In this document: in pieces, positions 33,112 to 42,820 of the stretch
Position numbering within the stretch: position 1 is the stretch's first letter
How the letters are laid out: each line of letters begins with the position of its first letter
Source of the DNA: an uncultured Christensenellaceae bacterium
GTDB taxonomy: Bacteria; Bacillota; Clostridia; Christensenellales; CALWSW01
Assembly: GCA_944384305.1 (NCBI GenBank)
Contig: CALWSW010000001.1
Coordinates: 1-48,344 of the forward strand
DNA length: 48,344 bases
Direction: 5' to 3'
Position numbers and translations under genes: made by a program
Notes under the pieces: model-generated
Databases searched by the model: none
Seen by the model: only the letters and a program-made list of their open reading frames with translations
What the model was told of the DNA's origin: nothing

Positions 33112-33159
33112 AAACCAACAGGGAATACCGCAGACCAGGCAAAAAAGGGGGGGAAGGAC

Positions 33160-33888
33160 GTGTGTGACGGCCACCGCGAACGCCTGCGCGAGCGCTACCG
33201 CCGCGCCGGGTTCAACGCTTTTGCCGAATACGAACTGCTCGAGCTGCTGCTCTTTTACGCCCTGCCCCGGCGGGACACCAAGGCCATTGCCCGAAAGCTG
33301 CTGGAGCGCTTCGGCAGCCTTTCGGCCGTGATCGCTGCCACGCCGGCCGAACTCAAAACGGTGGAAGGCGTGGGCGAAAAGACCGCTGCTTTTTTGTGCC
33401 TGGTGGGCGAGATCGACCGCCGGGCCGCGCTGGCCGAGCACGAGCGCACCCCCATGAACACCCGCGGCGCGGTGGCCGAATACTGCTACCACCTGCTGCG
33501 CGGCCGAAAGAGCGAGTGCGTTTACGCCCTGCTGTTTGACGCGCGCTTCAACCTCATTGCCGCCCGGCTGATCGCAGAAGGCCTGCCCGACCGCGTGGCG
33601 CTTTTGCCCCGGCGGGTGGCCGAAGAGGCGCTTGCGCACGCGGCGGTCCACGTGGTGCTCACGCACAATCACCCCGCGGGGGACAGCACGCCCTCGGCCG
33701 AGGACCGCTCCGCCACCCAGCGGGTGCGCGAGGCGCTTTCTACGGTGGGCATTTCGCTTTCGGAACACATCATTGTGACCGACGAGGACACCTACGCCGT
33801 GGTAGCGGACGGGAAGATTGCGGTGCGGGCGGCTGCCTGCGCGCAGACCGTGGGCGAGGCAGACGAAAAACTGCGCCGCCTGCGCTGA
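33160..33888 (+). CDS. radC: RadC-family JAB/MPN domain protein
   Basis: GTG 33160 follows a GGGGGGAAGGA RBS. N-terminal HRERLRERY... and HhH (AATPAELKTVEGVGEKTAAFL); JAB motif VVLTHNHPAGDSTPSAEDRSAT. Confidence 0.9.
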   Translation: MCDGHRERLRERYRRAGFNAFAEYELLELLLFYALPRRDTKAIARKLLERFGSLSAVIAATPAELKTVEGVGEKTAAFLCLVGEIDRRAALAEHERTPMNTRGAVAEYCYHLLRGRKSECVYALLFDARFNLIAARLIAEGLPDRVALLPRRVAEEALAHAAVHVVLTHNHPAGDSTPSAEDRSATQRVREALSTVGISLSEHIIVTDEDTYAVVADGKIAVRAAACAQTVGEADEKLRRLR

Positions 33889-33966
33889 ACCTTCACCGCG
33901 CGGCGGGGGGATGCATACCCTTTTTTCAGGGGCGCAACGCGCCCAGGAAAAGAGGAGGTAACATCC

Positions 33967-34980
33967 ATGAGCGGTAAAAAGAACCGGTTGGCCGCGGGCC
34001 TTGCGGCACTGTTGGGCGCGCTGGCACTGTTTGGCGGCTGCACCGAGAGCGGCCTGACCAAAGTGACGGTCAACGAAGTGACCCATTCGGTGTTGTACGC
34101 GCCGCAGTACGCGGCCATGGAACTGGGCTATTTTGAAGAAGAGGGCATCGAGATCGATCTGGTCAACGGCGGCGGGTCGGACAAATCCATGACCGCGCTG
34201 CTCTCCGGCGACGCCGACATTGGCCTCATGGGGCCGGAAACGGCGGTGTACGTTTACAACGAAGGGCGGGAGGACCACGCCGTCATCATCGGGCAGCTCA
34301 CCAAAAGGGACGGCTCGCTGCTTTTGGGCAAAGAGCCGGACGAGGATTTTTCCTGGCAGAAGCTGCGCGGCAAGACCGTGATCGGCGGGCGCCAGGGCGG
34401 CATGCCGCAGATGACCCTGGAATACGTGCTCAAGCAGAACGGATTGGAACCGGGCGTGGACGTGAATGTGCGCACCGACATCCAGTTCAATCTGATGGCC
34501 GGCGCCTTTGAATCGAGCGACAGCGAGTACGTCACGCTGTTTGAGCCCAGCGCCAGTTTGGCCGAGCGCGAGGGCGTGGGGTACATTGTGGCGGCCGTGG
34601 GCGACGAGAGCGGCGACGTGCCCTACACGGCCTACATGGTGCTCAAGAGCAAGGTGGAAGAAAACGCCGGGCTTTACGAGCGCTACCTGCGCGCGGTGTA
34701 CCGCGGCCAGCAGTGGGTGGCCACGCACACGCCCGCCGAGATCGCTTCGGTCATCGCCCCGCAGTTCCCCGATTCCGACGTGGAGCTTTTGACCCGCGTG
34801 GCCGAAAACTACCAGCGCATCGGCGCCTGGACCGAAACGCCGGTCATGACCGAGGAGATGTTTGAGCGCATGCTCGACATCATCGGCGAAGCGGGCGAGC
34901 TGAGCGGCCGCCCGGAATTTGACGCGCTGGTCGACAACTCCATTGCCCGCAAAGTGAGCGAAGAACAGCCGGCCGGATAA
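33967..34980 (+). CDS. ABC transporter substrate-binding lipoprotein, NMT1/THI5-like (NitT/TauT family); no cognate permease/ATPase adjacent
   Basis: Lipobox LFGGC; VTHSVLYAPQYAAMELGYFEEEGIEIDLVNGGGSDKSMTALLSGDADIG is typical of the family. Confidence 0.85.
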   Translation: MSGKKNRLAAGLAALLGALALFGGCTESGLTKVTVNEVTHSVLYAPQYAAMELGYFEEEGIEIDLVNGGGSDKSMTALLSGDADIGLMGPETAVYVYNEGREDHAVIIGQLTKRDGSLLLGKEPDEDFSWQKLRGKTVIGGRQGGMPQMTLEYVLKQNGLEPGVDVNVRTDIQFNLMAGAFESSDSEYVTLFEPSASLAEREGVGYIVAAVGDESGDVPYTAYMVLKSKVEENAGLYERYLRAVYRGQQWVATHTPAEIASVIAPQFPDSDVELLTRVAENYQRIGAWTETPVMTEEMFERMLDIIGEAGELSGRPEFDALVDNSIARKVSEEQPAG

Positions 34981-35078
34981 ACGCCCCCCGCCGCGGCCGG
35001 CGCTTTGGGGCGCGGCGGGCCCTTTTTGCGGAAAGGCCCGGCCGATCGCAAGATAAAAAACGTAAAGGAGACTCCACC

Positions 35079-36686
35079 ATGCAGCGTTCCTCCGGCATCC
35101 TGCTGCCCGTTTCCGCGCTGCCCTCGCCTTACGGCATCGGCACGCTCGGCAAAGAAGCCCGCAAGTTCGTCGACTTTCTGGCGGCGGCAAAACAAACCTA
35201 CTGGCAGGTGCTGCCCCTGGGCCCCACCAGCTACGGCGATTCGCCCTACCAGTGCTTTTCCAGCTTCGCCGGAAACCCTTATTACGTCGATCTGGAAGAG
35301 CTCATCGCCCTGGGCCTTCTCAAAAAAGAGGAGGTCGAGGCCGTCGACTGGGGGTGGGACCGCCGGTATGTGGACTACGAAAAGGTCTACTTTGGGCGCA
35401 GGCGCATCCTGCGGCAGGCCTTTGCGCGATTCAAAGACGGGGCGGCGCTGGCGCGCTTTGTGCAGAACAACCCGCGCATTGAGGAATACGCGCTGTTCAT
35501 GGCCATCAAGGACCAGTTCGGCGGCCGGCCCTGGACCCGCTGGCCGCAGGAGGGGCTGCGCAAGCGCAAACAGAGCACGCTGGAACTTTACGGCGCGATC
35601 TTAAAAGAAGAGGTCGATTTTTACTGCTTTGTGCAGATGTTCTTTTTCCGGCAGTGGCGATCTATCAGGGAATACGCCGCGGAAAAGGGCGTCATGATCA
35701 TTGGCGACCTGCCCATTTACGTGGCGGCGGATTCGGCCGACGTGTGGGCCAACCCCGCGCTGTTCGACCTGGATGAAGAGCACCTGCCCCGCGAGGTGGC
35801 GGGCGTGCCGCCCGACTACTTCAGCCCCACCGGCCAGCTGTGGGGCAACCCGCTTTACGACTGGGAGGCCCACAAACAGGAGGGGTACGCCTGGTGGAAG
35901 GAGCGGCTGCGGGCGGCCTACCGGCTGTTTGACGTGGTGCGCATCGACCATTTCCGCGGCTTTGCCGACTACTGGTGCGTGCCGTACGGCGCGGCCACGG
36001 CGCAGAACGGGCGCTGGAAGAAGGGCCCGGGCATGGACTTTTTCCGCGCTGCCAAAGAGGATGTGCCCGGCGCCGAGCTGATCGCCGAAGACCTGGGCTT
36101 TTTGAGCGAAGCGGCGGCCAAGCTGCGCGAAGAGGCCGGCCTGCCCGGGATGCGCGTGCTGCAGTTCGCCTTTGACGGCGGGCCGGAAAACGCCTATTTG
36201 CCCCACCATTATACCAAGGAGTGTGTGTGCTACACCGGCACGCACGACAACGATACCCTGGTTGGGTGGCTGGAAGGGTTGGAGGGCGAAAAGCGCTCCT
36301 TTGTGCGGCGCTACTGCGGCCTCAACCACGAAGAGGGCTACCACTGGGGCTGCATCCGCGCGGGCAGCGCTTCGGTGGCCGGCCTGTTCGTGCTGCAGAT
36401 GCAGGACATCCTGGGCCACTGCAGCTTTGCGCGCACCAACGTGCCCGGCACGCTGGGCATGAACTGGCGGTGGCGGCTGGAGCCCATGGAAGCGCTGGAG
36501 TGGATGGCCGCGCGATTGGCGGATGTGACCGAGCTTTACGGCCGCGCGCCCGAGTGGACGCCGGCTGCGGCCGAGGGCGTGGGCGCGGCGCTGCCTGCCG
36601 GAGCCGCCGCCCTGACGGCAAAGGAGGAAGCCCCCGGCGGGCAGAGCGCAGAAAGCGCGCCCGCGGCGCGCGCGGCCAACGCCTGA
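35079..36686 (+). CDS. malQ: 4-alpha-glucanotransferase (amylomaltase, GH77)
   Basis: MQRSSGILLPVSALPSPYGIGTLG..., YWQVLPLGPT, DSPYQ, VRIDHFRGF, IAEDLG, YTGTHDNDT. Confidence 0.95.
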   Translation: MQRSSGILLPVSALPSPYGIGTLGKEARKFVDFLAAAKQTYWQVLPLGPTSYGDSPYQCFSSFAGNPYYVDLEELIALGLLKKEEVEAVDWGWDRRYVDYEKVYFGRRRILRQAFARFKDGAALARFVQNNPRIEEYALFMAIKDQFGGRPWTRWPQEGLRKRKQSTLELYGAILKEEVDFYCFVQMFFFRQWRSIREYAAEKGVMIIGDLPIYVAADSADVWANPALFDLDEEHLPREVAGVPPDYFSPTGQLWGNPLYDWEAHKQEGYAWWKERLRAAYRLFDVVRIDHFRGFADYWCVPYGAATAQNGRWKKGPGMDFFRAAKEDVPGAELIAEDLGFLSEAAAKLREEAGLPGMRVLQFAFDGGPENAYLPHHYTKECVCYTGTHDNDTLVGWLEGLEGEKRSFVRRYCGLNHEEGYHWGCIRAGSASVAGLFVLQMQDILGHCSFARTNVPGTLGMNWRWRLEPMEALEWMAARLADVTELYGRAPEWTPAAAEGVGAALPAGAAALTAKEEAPGGQSAESAPAARAANA

Positions 36687-36723
36687 CGGAGAGAAAAACA
36701 AACAGCAGAAGGATACCTGTGCA

Positions 36724-36760
36724 AGTCCCCGGCGGAATTTTTTGCCGGGGACTACTTTTT
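36724..36760 (+). terminator. Rho-independent terminator after malQ
   Basis: AGTCCCCGGC-ggaatttttt-GCCGGGGACT followed by ACTTTTT. Confidence 0.7.
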
Positions 36761-36845
36761 GTGAGGCGTATCAGGTATAATAAACTGTCGAAATGTGTGA
36801 AAAAACCGGCCGCGGTTTGGCCGGCGGCAAAAGAAAGGACGGCAC

Positions 36846-37694
36846 ATGAAGCTGAAGTTTACCAAAATGCACGGCTGCGGGAACGACTACGTGTATTTTT
36901 CCACCTTTGACCAGGCCGTGCCCCACCCCGAAGAACTTGCGGTGCGGCTTTCCGACCGCCGCAAGGGCATTGGGGGGGACGGCGTCATCCTCATCCACCC
37001 CAGCAAGGTCGCCGATGCCAGGATGCAGATGTTCAATTTGGACGGCAGCGAAGGAAAGATGTGCGGCAACGGCATCCGCTGTGTGGGCAAGTACATTTAC
37101 GACCACGGCATTGCAAAAAAGCCGGTGGTGACGGTGGAGACCCTGAGCGGCATCAAGACCCTGGAGCTGACCGTAGAAAACGGCAGAGCCACGGCAGCGC
37201 GGGTGGACATGGGCGCGCCCATTCTAACGCCCGAAAAGATCCCCACCACGCTGTGCGCCGGCCAGGCGCAGGCTGTGGACGTGCCGCTCGCCGCCGCCGG
37301 CAAAGAGTGGCGGGTGACCTGCGTTTCCATGGGCAACCCCCACTGCGTCATTTTTGTGCCGGAGGACCCCATGGCGCTCGACCTGGAAAAAATCGGGCCG
37401 GAGTTTGAACACCACCCCGCCTTCCCCGAAGACGTCAACACCGAGTTCGTACAGGTGCTCGACGCCACCCATTTGAACATGCGGGTGTGGGAGCGGGGCA
37501 GCGGCGAGACCATGGCCTGCGGCACGGGCGCCACGGCGACGGCGGTGGCGGCGGTGCTCAACGGCATTTCCCCCAGGAACGAAGACATCACCGTGCACCT
37601 GCGCGGGGGCGATCTGATCATCCGCGTGACCGGCGAGACCGCCTACATGACCGGCGAGGCCGTGGAGGTCTTTGAAGGCACGGTCGAAGTGTAA
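36846..37694 (+). CDS. dapF: Diaminopimelate epimerase
   Basis: MKLKFTKMHGCGNDYVY..., NLDGSEGKMCGNGIRC, ERGSGETMACGTGATA (both catalytic Cys motifs). Confidence 0.95.
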   Translation: MKLKFTKMHGCGNDYVYFSTFDQAVPHPEELAVRLSDRRKGIGGDGVILIHPSKVADARMQMFNLDGSEGKMCGNGIRCVGKYIYDHGIAKKPVVTVETLSGIKTLELTVENGRATAARVDMGAPILTPEKIPTTLCAGQAQAVDVPLAAAGKEWRVTCVSMGNPHCVIFVPEDPMALDLEKIGPEFEHHPAFPEDVNTEFVQVLDATHLNMRVWERGSGETMACGTGATATAVAAVLNGISPRNEDITVHLRGGDLIIRVTGETAYMTGEAVEVFEGTVEV

Positions 37695-37722
37695 ACGGGC
37701 AGACAAGCGAGGAGGCCAATCC

Positions 37723-38907
37723 ATGAAGATCAACCGGAACTACGAAAACATTCAGGACAGCTACCTTTTTACGAACATCGCGCAGAAGGTGCGCGCCTAC
37801 AGCGAGCAGAACCCCCGGGCCGACATCATTCGCCTGGGCATTGGCGACGTCACGCTGCCCCTGCCCGAGGCGGCGGTGACGGCCATGGCGGAAGCCGCGC
37901 GCGAGCTGGGCGTGCAGGAGACCTTCCGCGGCTACGGCCCCGAACAGGGCTACGGGTTTTTGAAAGACGCCGTTAGAGAGTACTACGCCGGGCGGGGCGT
38001 GGCGCTGGAAGCGGACGAGATCTTCATCAGCGACGGCGCAAAGAGCGACCTGGGGAATATTTTGGACCTGTTCGACGCCGATAACACCGTGCTGGTGCCC
38101 GACCCGGTCTACCCCGTGTACGTGGACACCAACGTCATGGCCGGCCGCCGGATCGTTTACGCCAACGCCACGGCCGAAAACGGCTTCCTGCCCGCGCCAA
38201 ACCGCGCGCAGCAGGCCGATATCATCTATATCTGCTCGCCCAACAACCCCACCGGCGCGGTCTATCCCAAAGAGGGGCTGGCAGCGTGGGTGAACTACGC
38301 CAAAGAGCAGGGCGCCATTATTTTGTACGATGCCGCCTACGAGGCCTTTATTGCCGAGCCCGGCCTGCCCCGCAGCATTTACGAGATCGAGGGCGCAAGG
38401 GAGTGCGCCATTGAGTTTTGCTCCTTCTCGAAGTTCGCCGGCTTTACCGGCACGCGCTGCGGCTACACCGTGGTGCCCTTTGCCCTGGAGCGCGAGGGCG
38501 CAAAGCTCAACAAAATGTGGCTGCGCCGCCAGACCACCAAGTTCAACGGCGTGCCCTACATCGTGCAGCGCGGCGCGGCGGCGGCGCTTTCGGCCGAGGG
38601 GCGCAAACAGTGCCTGGAACACATTGGCTACTACCGCGAAAACGCCCGCGTCATTTCCCAAACGCTCGACGAACTGGGCGTGTGGTACACCGGCGGCAAA
38701 AACTCGCCCTACGTGTGGCTGCGCTGCCCGAACGGCATGGATTCCTGGGCGTTCTTTGACCTGCTGCTCCATGAAGCCAACGTGGTGGGCACGCCCGGCG
38801 CGGGCTTTGGCAAAAACGGCGAGGGTTTCTTCCGGCTGACGGCTTTTGGCAGCAAGGAGCGCACCGCCGAGGCCATGGAGCGCGTGAAAAAACTGCTGAG
38901 CCGCTGA
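37723..38907 (+). CDS. dapL: LL-diaminopimelate aminotransferase
   Basis: ATG 37723 follows GAGGAGG. MKINRNYENIQDSYLF, IRLGIGDVT, SDGAKSD, CSPNNPTG, SFSKFAGFTGTRCGY (PLP Lys). Confidence 0.9.
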   Translation: MKINRNYENIQDSYLFTNIAQKVRAYSEQNPRADIIRLGIGDVTLPLPEAAVTAMAEAARELGVQETFRGYGPEQGYGFLKDAVREYYAGRGVALEADEIFISDGAKSDLGNILDLFDADNTVLVPDPVYPVYVDTNVMAGRRIVYANATAENGFLPAPNRAQQADIIYICSPNNPTGAVYPKEGLAAWVNYAKEQGAIILYDAAYEAFIAEPGLPRSIYEIEGARECAIEFCSFSKFAGFTGTRCGYTVVPFALEREGAKLNKMWLRRQTTKFNGVPYIVQRGAAAALSAEGRKQCLEHIGYYRENARVISQTLDELGVWYTGGKNSPYVWLRCPNGMDSWAFFDLLLHEANVVGTPGAGFGKNGEGFFRLTAFGSKERTAEAMERVKKLLSR

Positions 38908-39027
38908 GGGGCGGCGCGCGGCAAACGGGAAAGCGCCTGCGCCTTTTAAAAGGGCCGGCGCTTGCCCGTTTGAAAGGTACTATACAAATGCAGGCCGCAG
39001 GGCGGCCATAAGGAGGCAGAAACCGCC

Positions 39028-42000
39028 ATGAAACAGTCCAAAACAGTGCTGATCGCCGTGCTTGCCGTGCTGGTGTGCGCGGCTGTTGCGCTGCTCGCGC
39101 TGCAGGAAGCGGGCGTTCTGCCCACAGAACAGGGCCTGGTCATCACCGAAGTGGTCTCCTCCAACAGCGCTTCGCTGCAGGACGAAATTTACGGCTCGCC
39201 CGACTGGATCGAGCTTTACAACCCCTCCTCCCGCGCGGTGGAGCTGAAGGGCTACGGCATCGGCCGCACGGACGACAGCGGCGAGCTGTACTTTTTTGAA
39301 GGCGGCTCCATTGGCCCGGGGGAATACTTGGTGGTGTACTGCTGCGCGCCGGTGGAGGGCGGCGCGGCTTACGCCACGGGTTTTAACCTGCCCAAGCGGG
39401 GCACCACCTTGCGGCTGTTGGACCCTTCGGGCGCAACGGTGCAGACGCTGGAAGTGCCAAAGCTTGAGGCCGACGTTTCCTACGGCGTGAGCGCCGAGGG
39501 GGAATACGCCTACTTTGCCAGCCCCACGCCGGGGGCCGAAAACACCGGCACGCACTTTGCCGCGCTCGAAGAGGTGGCTTCCGGCGCGGCAGCCGGCCTT
39601 GTCATCAGCGAGGTGCTGCCACACGCCGACGGCGACCAGACCTTTTTGGAGCTGTACAACGGCGGCACAGAACCCGTGCTGCTTTCCCGCCTGTACGCTA
39701 CCGACGACCCCTCCAGCCCCCAAAAGTGCGCGCTGCCGGACGTTTCGCTCGCCCCGGGCGAGTATTTGGCCGTGTATTTTGAAGAGAGCGGGCGCGAGGA
39801 CGCCCTGAGCTTTTCGCTGAACCGCCAGGAGACCGGCGTGTGGCTGTACGACGCCGCCGGGCGGGAGGTGGATTCGCTTTCGTGGGAGGAGGGGCTGTTT
39901 GACGGCACCTCGGCCGCGCACGGCGAAAACGGCGGCACGGTCTACTTTACGACGCCCACGCCGGGCGGCGGGAACACCGGCGAGCCCATGGAAAGCTTTG
40001 CGCTCAACGAAGGGCTTTCGGCGCTGGTCATCAACGAGGTGCTGCGCGAAAACACCTATTCGCTCATCGACCGCTTTGGCGACCGTTCGCCCTGGGTGGA
40101 GCTGTACAACGCTTCGGGGGAAGCGGTGGAGCTTTCGGACTACGCGCTTTCCGACCGGGCGGACGACCCCTTTAAGTGGCAGCTGCCCGCCGGCACGCTC
40201 GGCCCGGGCGAGTATTTGGTGGTGTTCCTTTCCGGGCAGGATTCCACCGAAGGCGGCGAGTGGCACTCCCCCTTCCGCCTGGGCGCGAGCGACGAGGTGC
40301 TGACCCTTGCCAACCGCGCAGAAGGCGTGGTGCAGACCGTGCCGCTCAAAAAAGAGAGCAGCGACAACGTTTCCTACGGCAGCAGTGCCGGCGGCACGTG
40401 GCTGTACTACGCCCAGCCCACGCCGGGCAAGGCGAACGACACCGCCGGCTTTGCAGAGCTTGTGGCGGCGCTGGGGAGCGGCAGCGCAGTGCGCATCAGC
40501 GAGGTGAGCGCCACCCACCGCTTCGGCAGCAGCGAGGCCGATTGGGTGGAGCTGTACAACGCCGGGGAGGAAACGGTCTCGCTCGAAGGCTGGCGGCTCT
40601 CCTCCAAGGCGGGGGAAGCGGGCGCGGTGCTTTCGGGCAGCATCGAGCCCGGCGGCTACGCGCTCTTTCGCGGCCTGGTAACGGTCTCGGCCGCGGGCGA
40701 CACGCTGTATCTTTACGACAGCGCAGGCGTTCTTGCCGACGTGTTTGAGACCGGCGTGCTGCGCGCCGGCCTTTCTTCCGGCCGTGCCGAAAGCCTTTCG
40801 GCCCGGGTGCTGTACACCAGCGCCACGCCGGGCGCGGCCAACACGCAGCAGACGGCGCTTGGCTATTGCGCCGCGCCGGAATTTTCCCGCGCGGGCGGGT
40901 ACGCCAGCGAGCCCTTTGCCCTGACGCTCAGCTGCAAGACCGCGGGCGCGTCCATCCACTACACCACCGACGGCTCCCAGCCCACCGAAAGCTCGCCGCT
41001 TTACACCGGCCCCCTTACCATCGACGGCACTGTGACGGTGCGGGCGGCGGCCTTCTGCGAAGGGTATCTGGAGTCCGACCCCGCGGGCGCGACCTATCTG
41101 TTTGAAGAGCCGCACGAGCTGAAGATCATCTGCCTTTCGATCGACGAGAGCGACCTAAATTACATCTACGGCAGCGAGAACCGGCGGGACAAGCGGGAGC
41201 GCGAGTGCTTTGTGGAAATTTACGAGCCGGACGGCAAGCTGGGCGCTTCTTTTGCGGCGGGGCTGCGCATTGGCGGCAACAGCACCCGCGCCTACCCGCA
41301 GCGCACCTTCAGCGTGTACCTGCGCGGGGCGTATGGCCGCAGCAAGCTGGTGTACCCGCTCTTTGACGGGTTCTCTACCACCGAGTTCACCTCCTTTACG
41401 CTGCGCAACTTCGGGCAGGACGCCTCGCGCTCGCTGCTGCGCGACGCTTACGGCTGCATGGCGGTGCAGGGCATGAACATCGACTCGGCCTGGAGCAGCT
41501 TTGCCGTGGTGTACCTGAACGGCGAGTACTGGGGCCTGTACGAGCTCAAGGAGAACCAGAGCGAGGACTACTTTGAGCAGAAGTACGGGGTGGACAAGGA
41601 CGTGGTGCAGGGGGTGCGTTCCAACACCTACGTGTACAACGGCAACGGCAACAACCGGAACATCAAAGCGTTGTTTGCCCTGGCCGCAAGGAACACCAAC
41701 GACCCCGACATTTACGCCCAATACGCCGCGCAGGCCGACGAGGACATGTTCATCGATTACCTGTGCGCGCAGTTCTTCTTTGCCAACGCCGACGTTTACA
41801 ACCAAAAGTACATCGGCTCGACCGACGGTTCCTTCAAGTGGCGGCCGGTGTTTTACGATTTGGACATGCTCTTTTCCTCCAACTCCCCTTCGGGAAACGT
41901 CATGGGCACCTATTTCCGCTCGGAGGTGGTGCCGGTGGGGGTGAACGGCAACGTGGTGGATATGGGGCTGTACTACGGCTTTTACAAAAACGACGCCTGG

Positions 42001-42279
42001 AAGGAGAAGTTCATTGCCCGCTACGCCGAGGTGCTGAACACCGTGCTGACCAACGAGCGGCTGCTTTCGCTTTTTGACGACATGGCCGCCATGGTGGAAA
42101 GCGAGATCGACCGGCACATTGCGCGGTGGGGGCGGCCCTCTTCCCGCTCGAAGTGGGAAAGCGAGGTGGAGTCGCTTCGAAGCTGCATCTCCCGCCGCCG
42201 GGAATACGCCAAGAGCAATTTGCAGCGCACCTTCGGGCTTTCGGACGAACGGATGGCGGAATTGTTCCCCAACGGGTAA
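39028..42279 (+). CDS. Large membrane-anchored surface protein: N-terminal TM helix, four lamin-tail-domain (LTD) repeats, a chitobiase/hexosaminidase-C-like domain and a C-terminal CotH kinase-like domain
   Basis: 1083 aa. Four LTD starts (LVITEVVSSN, LVISEVLPHA, LVINEVLREN, VRISEVSATH), each with a WIELYN/FLELYN/WVELYN core. IHYTTDGSQPTESSPLYTGPL matches the CHB_HEX_C-like motif. The CotH-like region is ECFVEIYEPDG...RIGGNSTRAYPQRTFSVYL...NGEYWGLYELKEN. Confidence 0.85.
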   Translation: MKQSKTVLIAVLAVLVCAAVALLALQEAGVLPTEQGLVITEVVSSNSASLQDEIYGSPDWIELYNPSSRAVELKGYGIGRTDDSGELYFFEGGSIGPGEYLVVYCCAPVEGGAAYATGFNLPKRGTTLRLLDPSGATVQTLEVPKLEADVSYGVSAEGEYAYFASPTPGAENTGTHFAALEEVASGAAAGLVISEVLPHADGDQTFLELYNGGTEPVLLSRLYATDDPSSPQKCALPDVSLAPGEYLAVYFEESGREDALSFSLNRQETGVWLYDAAGREVDSLSWEEGLFDGTSAAHGENGGTVYFTTPTPGGGNTGEPMESFALNEGLSALVINEVLRENTYSLIDRFGDRSPWVELYNASGEAVELSDYALSDRADDPFKWQLPAGTLGPGEYLVVFLSGQDSTEGGEWHSPFRLGASDEVLTLANRAEGVVQTVPLKKESSDNVSYGSSAGGTWLYYAQPTPGKANDTAGFAELVAALGSGSAVRISEVSATHRFGSSEADWVELYNAGEETVSLEGWRLSSKAGEAGAVLSGSIEPGGYALFRGLVTVSAAGDTLYLYDSAGVLADVFETGVLRAGLSSGRAESLSARVLYTSATPGAANTQQTALGYCAAPEFSRAGGYASEPFALTLSCKTAGASIHYTTDGSQPTESSPLYTGPLTIDGTVTVRAAAFCEGYLESDPAGATYLFEEPHELKIICLSIDESDLNYIYGSENRRDKRERECFVEIYEPDGKLGASFAAGLRIGGNSTRAYPQRTFSVYLRGAYGRSKLVYPLFDGFSTTEFTSFTLRNFGQDASRSLLRDAYGCMAVQGMNIDSAWSSFAVVYLNGEYWGLYELKENQSEDYFEQKYGVDKDVVQGVRSNTYVYNGNGNNRNIKALFALAARNTNDPDIYAQYAAQADEDMFIDYLCAQFFFANADVYNQKYIGSTDGSFKWRPVFYDLDMLFSSNSPSGNVMGTYFRSEVVPVGVNGNVVDMGLYYGFYKNDAWKEKFIARYAEVLNTVLTNERLLSLFDDMAAMVESEIDRHIARWGRPSSRSKWESEVESLRSCISRRREYAKSNLQRTFGLSDERMAELFPNG

Positions 42280-42301
42280 AAGCATTTGGAGCACGAACGC
42301 T

Positions 42302-42335
42302 GGAGCTGCCGCCTGTTTCGCGGCAGCTCCTTTGA
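42302..42335 (+). terminator. Terminator hairpin after the CotH gene (copy 1 of a duplicated stem)
   Basis: GGAGCTGCCGC-ctgtttc-GCGGCAGCTCC followed by TTTGAAC (short T-tract). Confidence 0.5.
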
Positions 42336-42367
42336 ACAACGCCCCTCGTTGCCAAGAAGGAAAAGCA

Positions 42368-42694
42368 GTGAAAAGGAAAATACCGGCCTTCGCAGTTTTG
42401 CTTGCAATATGTCTTTTTGTGGCGCTTTTTGCGGCCGCTCGCTCAGCCAACAGGGTGATCGGTACGATCAAGGGAGCGGAATGGGAGATCATCACGATCG
42501 ATGGCATCGCCTACAAAAAGACAGAGCTTCCCGGGTTCAGCTCAGCTGACAAGGGAGCCTTCCTTGGGATCGTCACAAATGGAAGGGAGCGGTTTCGCGT
42601 TTACTCGGTGAAGGGCGATTCGGAAGATCGGTACATTTACAGGCTGTGGGGCTACGACGGGGCGTTTTATGCCGTGGCCGGTTCATGTGGGTAG
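42368..42694 (+). CDS. Hypothetical small membrane-anchored protein (108 aa)
   Basis: GTG 42368 follows a purine-rich AAGAAGGAAAAG. N-terminal TM helix (IPAFAVLLAICLFVALFAAA) followed by a ~75-aa soluble part; no family recognised. Confidence 0.5.
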   Translation: MKRKIPAFAVLLAICLFVALFAAARSANRVIGTIKGAEWEIITIDGIAYKKTELPGFSSADKGAFLGIVTNGRERFRVYSVKGDSEDRYIYRLWGYDGAFYAVAGSCG

Positions 42695-42705
42695 GAAGTT
42701 TTGAG

Positions 42706-42753
42706 GGAGCTGCCGCAAAATGGGCGATCGCCTGTTTCGCGGCAGCTCCTTTT
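42706..42753 (+). terminator. Terminator hairpin (copy 2, same 11-bp stem with a 15-nt loop insertion)
   Basis: GGAGCTGCCGC-aaaatgggcgatcgcctgtttc-GCGGCAGCTCC followed by TTTTGCG. Confidence 0.55.
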
Positions 42754-42820
42754 GCGCGCATGAAGGGGCGCGAGCGCTCATATGCTGGAAGGATGAAATT
42801 AGGCGGCGTGGAGGGGGCAG

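Noticed and set aside
32869-33160. tRNA-Thr as an integration site for a mobile element or genomic island
   Set aside because: There is no integrase, no direct repeat of the tRNA 3' end, and no mobile-element genes on either side. The flanking genes are ordinary (esterase, radC).
33967-34980. Orphan ABC substrate-binding protein as a possible THI5-like HMP synthase with a TPP riboswitch
   Set aside because: It has a lipoprotein signal (LFGGC), consistent with an extracellular binding protein. The 78-nt upstream region shows no TPP-riboswitch features.
33085-35190. 701-aa antisense ORF. Similar long antisense ORFs occur at 18335-19951, 27022-28578, 35601-36701, 38980-41115, 41155-42507, 42683-43816 and 44569-45966
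   Set aside because: Each lies opposite a gene with clear family motifs and a proper RBS. The antisense products are low-complexity (R/A/G/P-rich) and cross intergenic terminators. They are GC-driven spurious ORFs.
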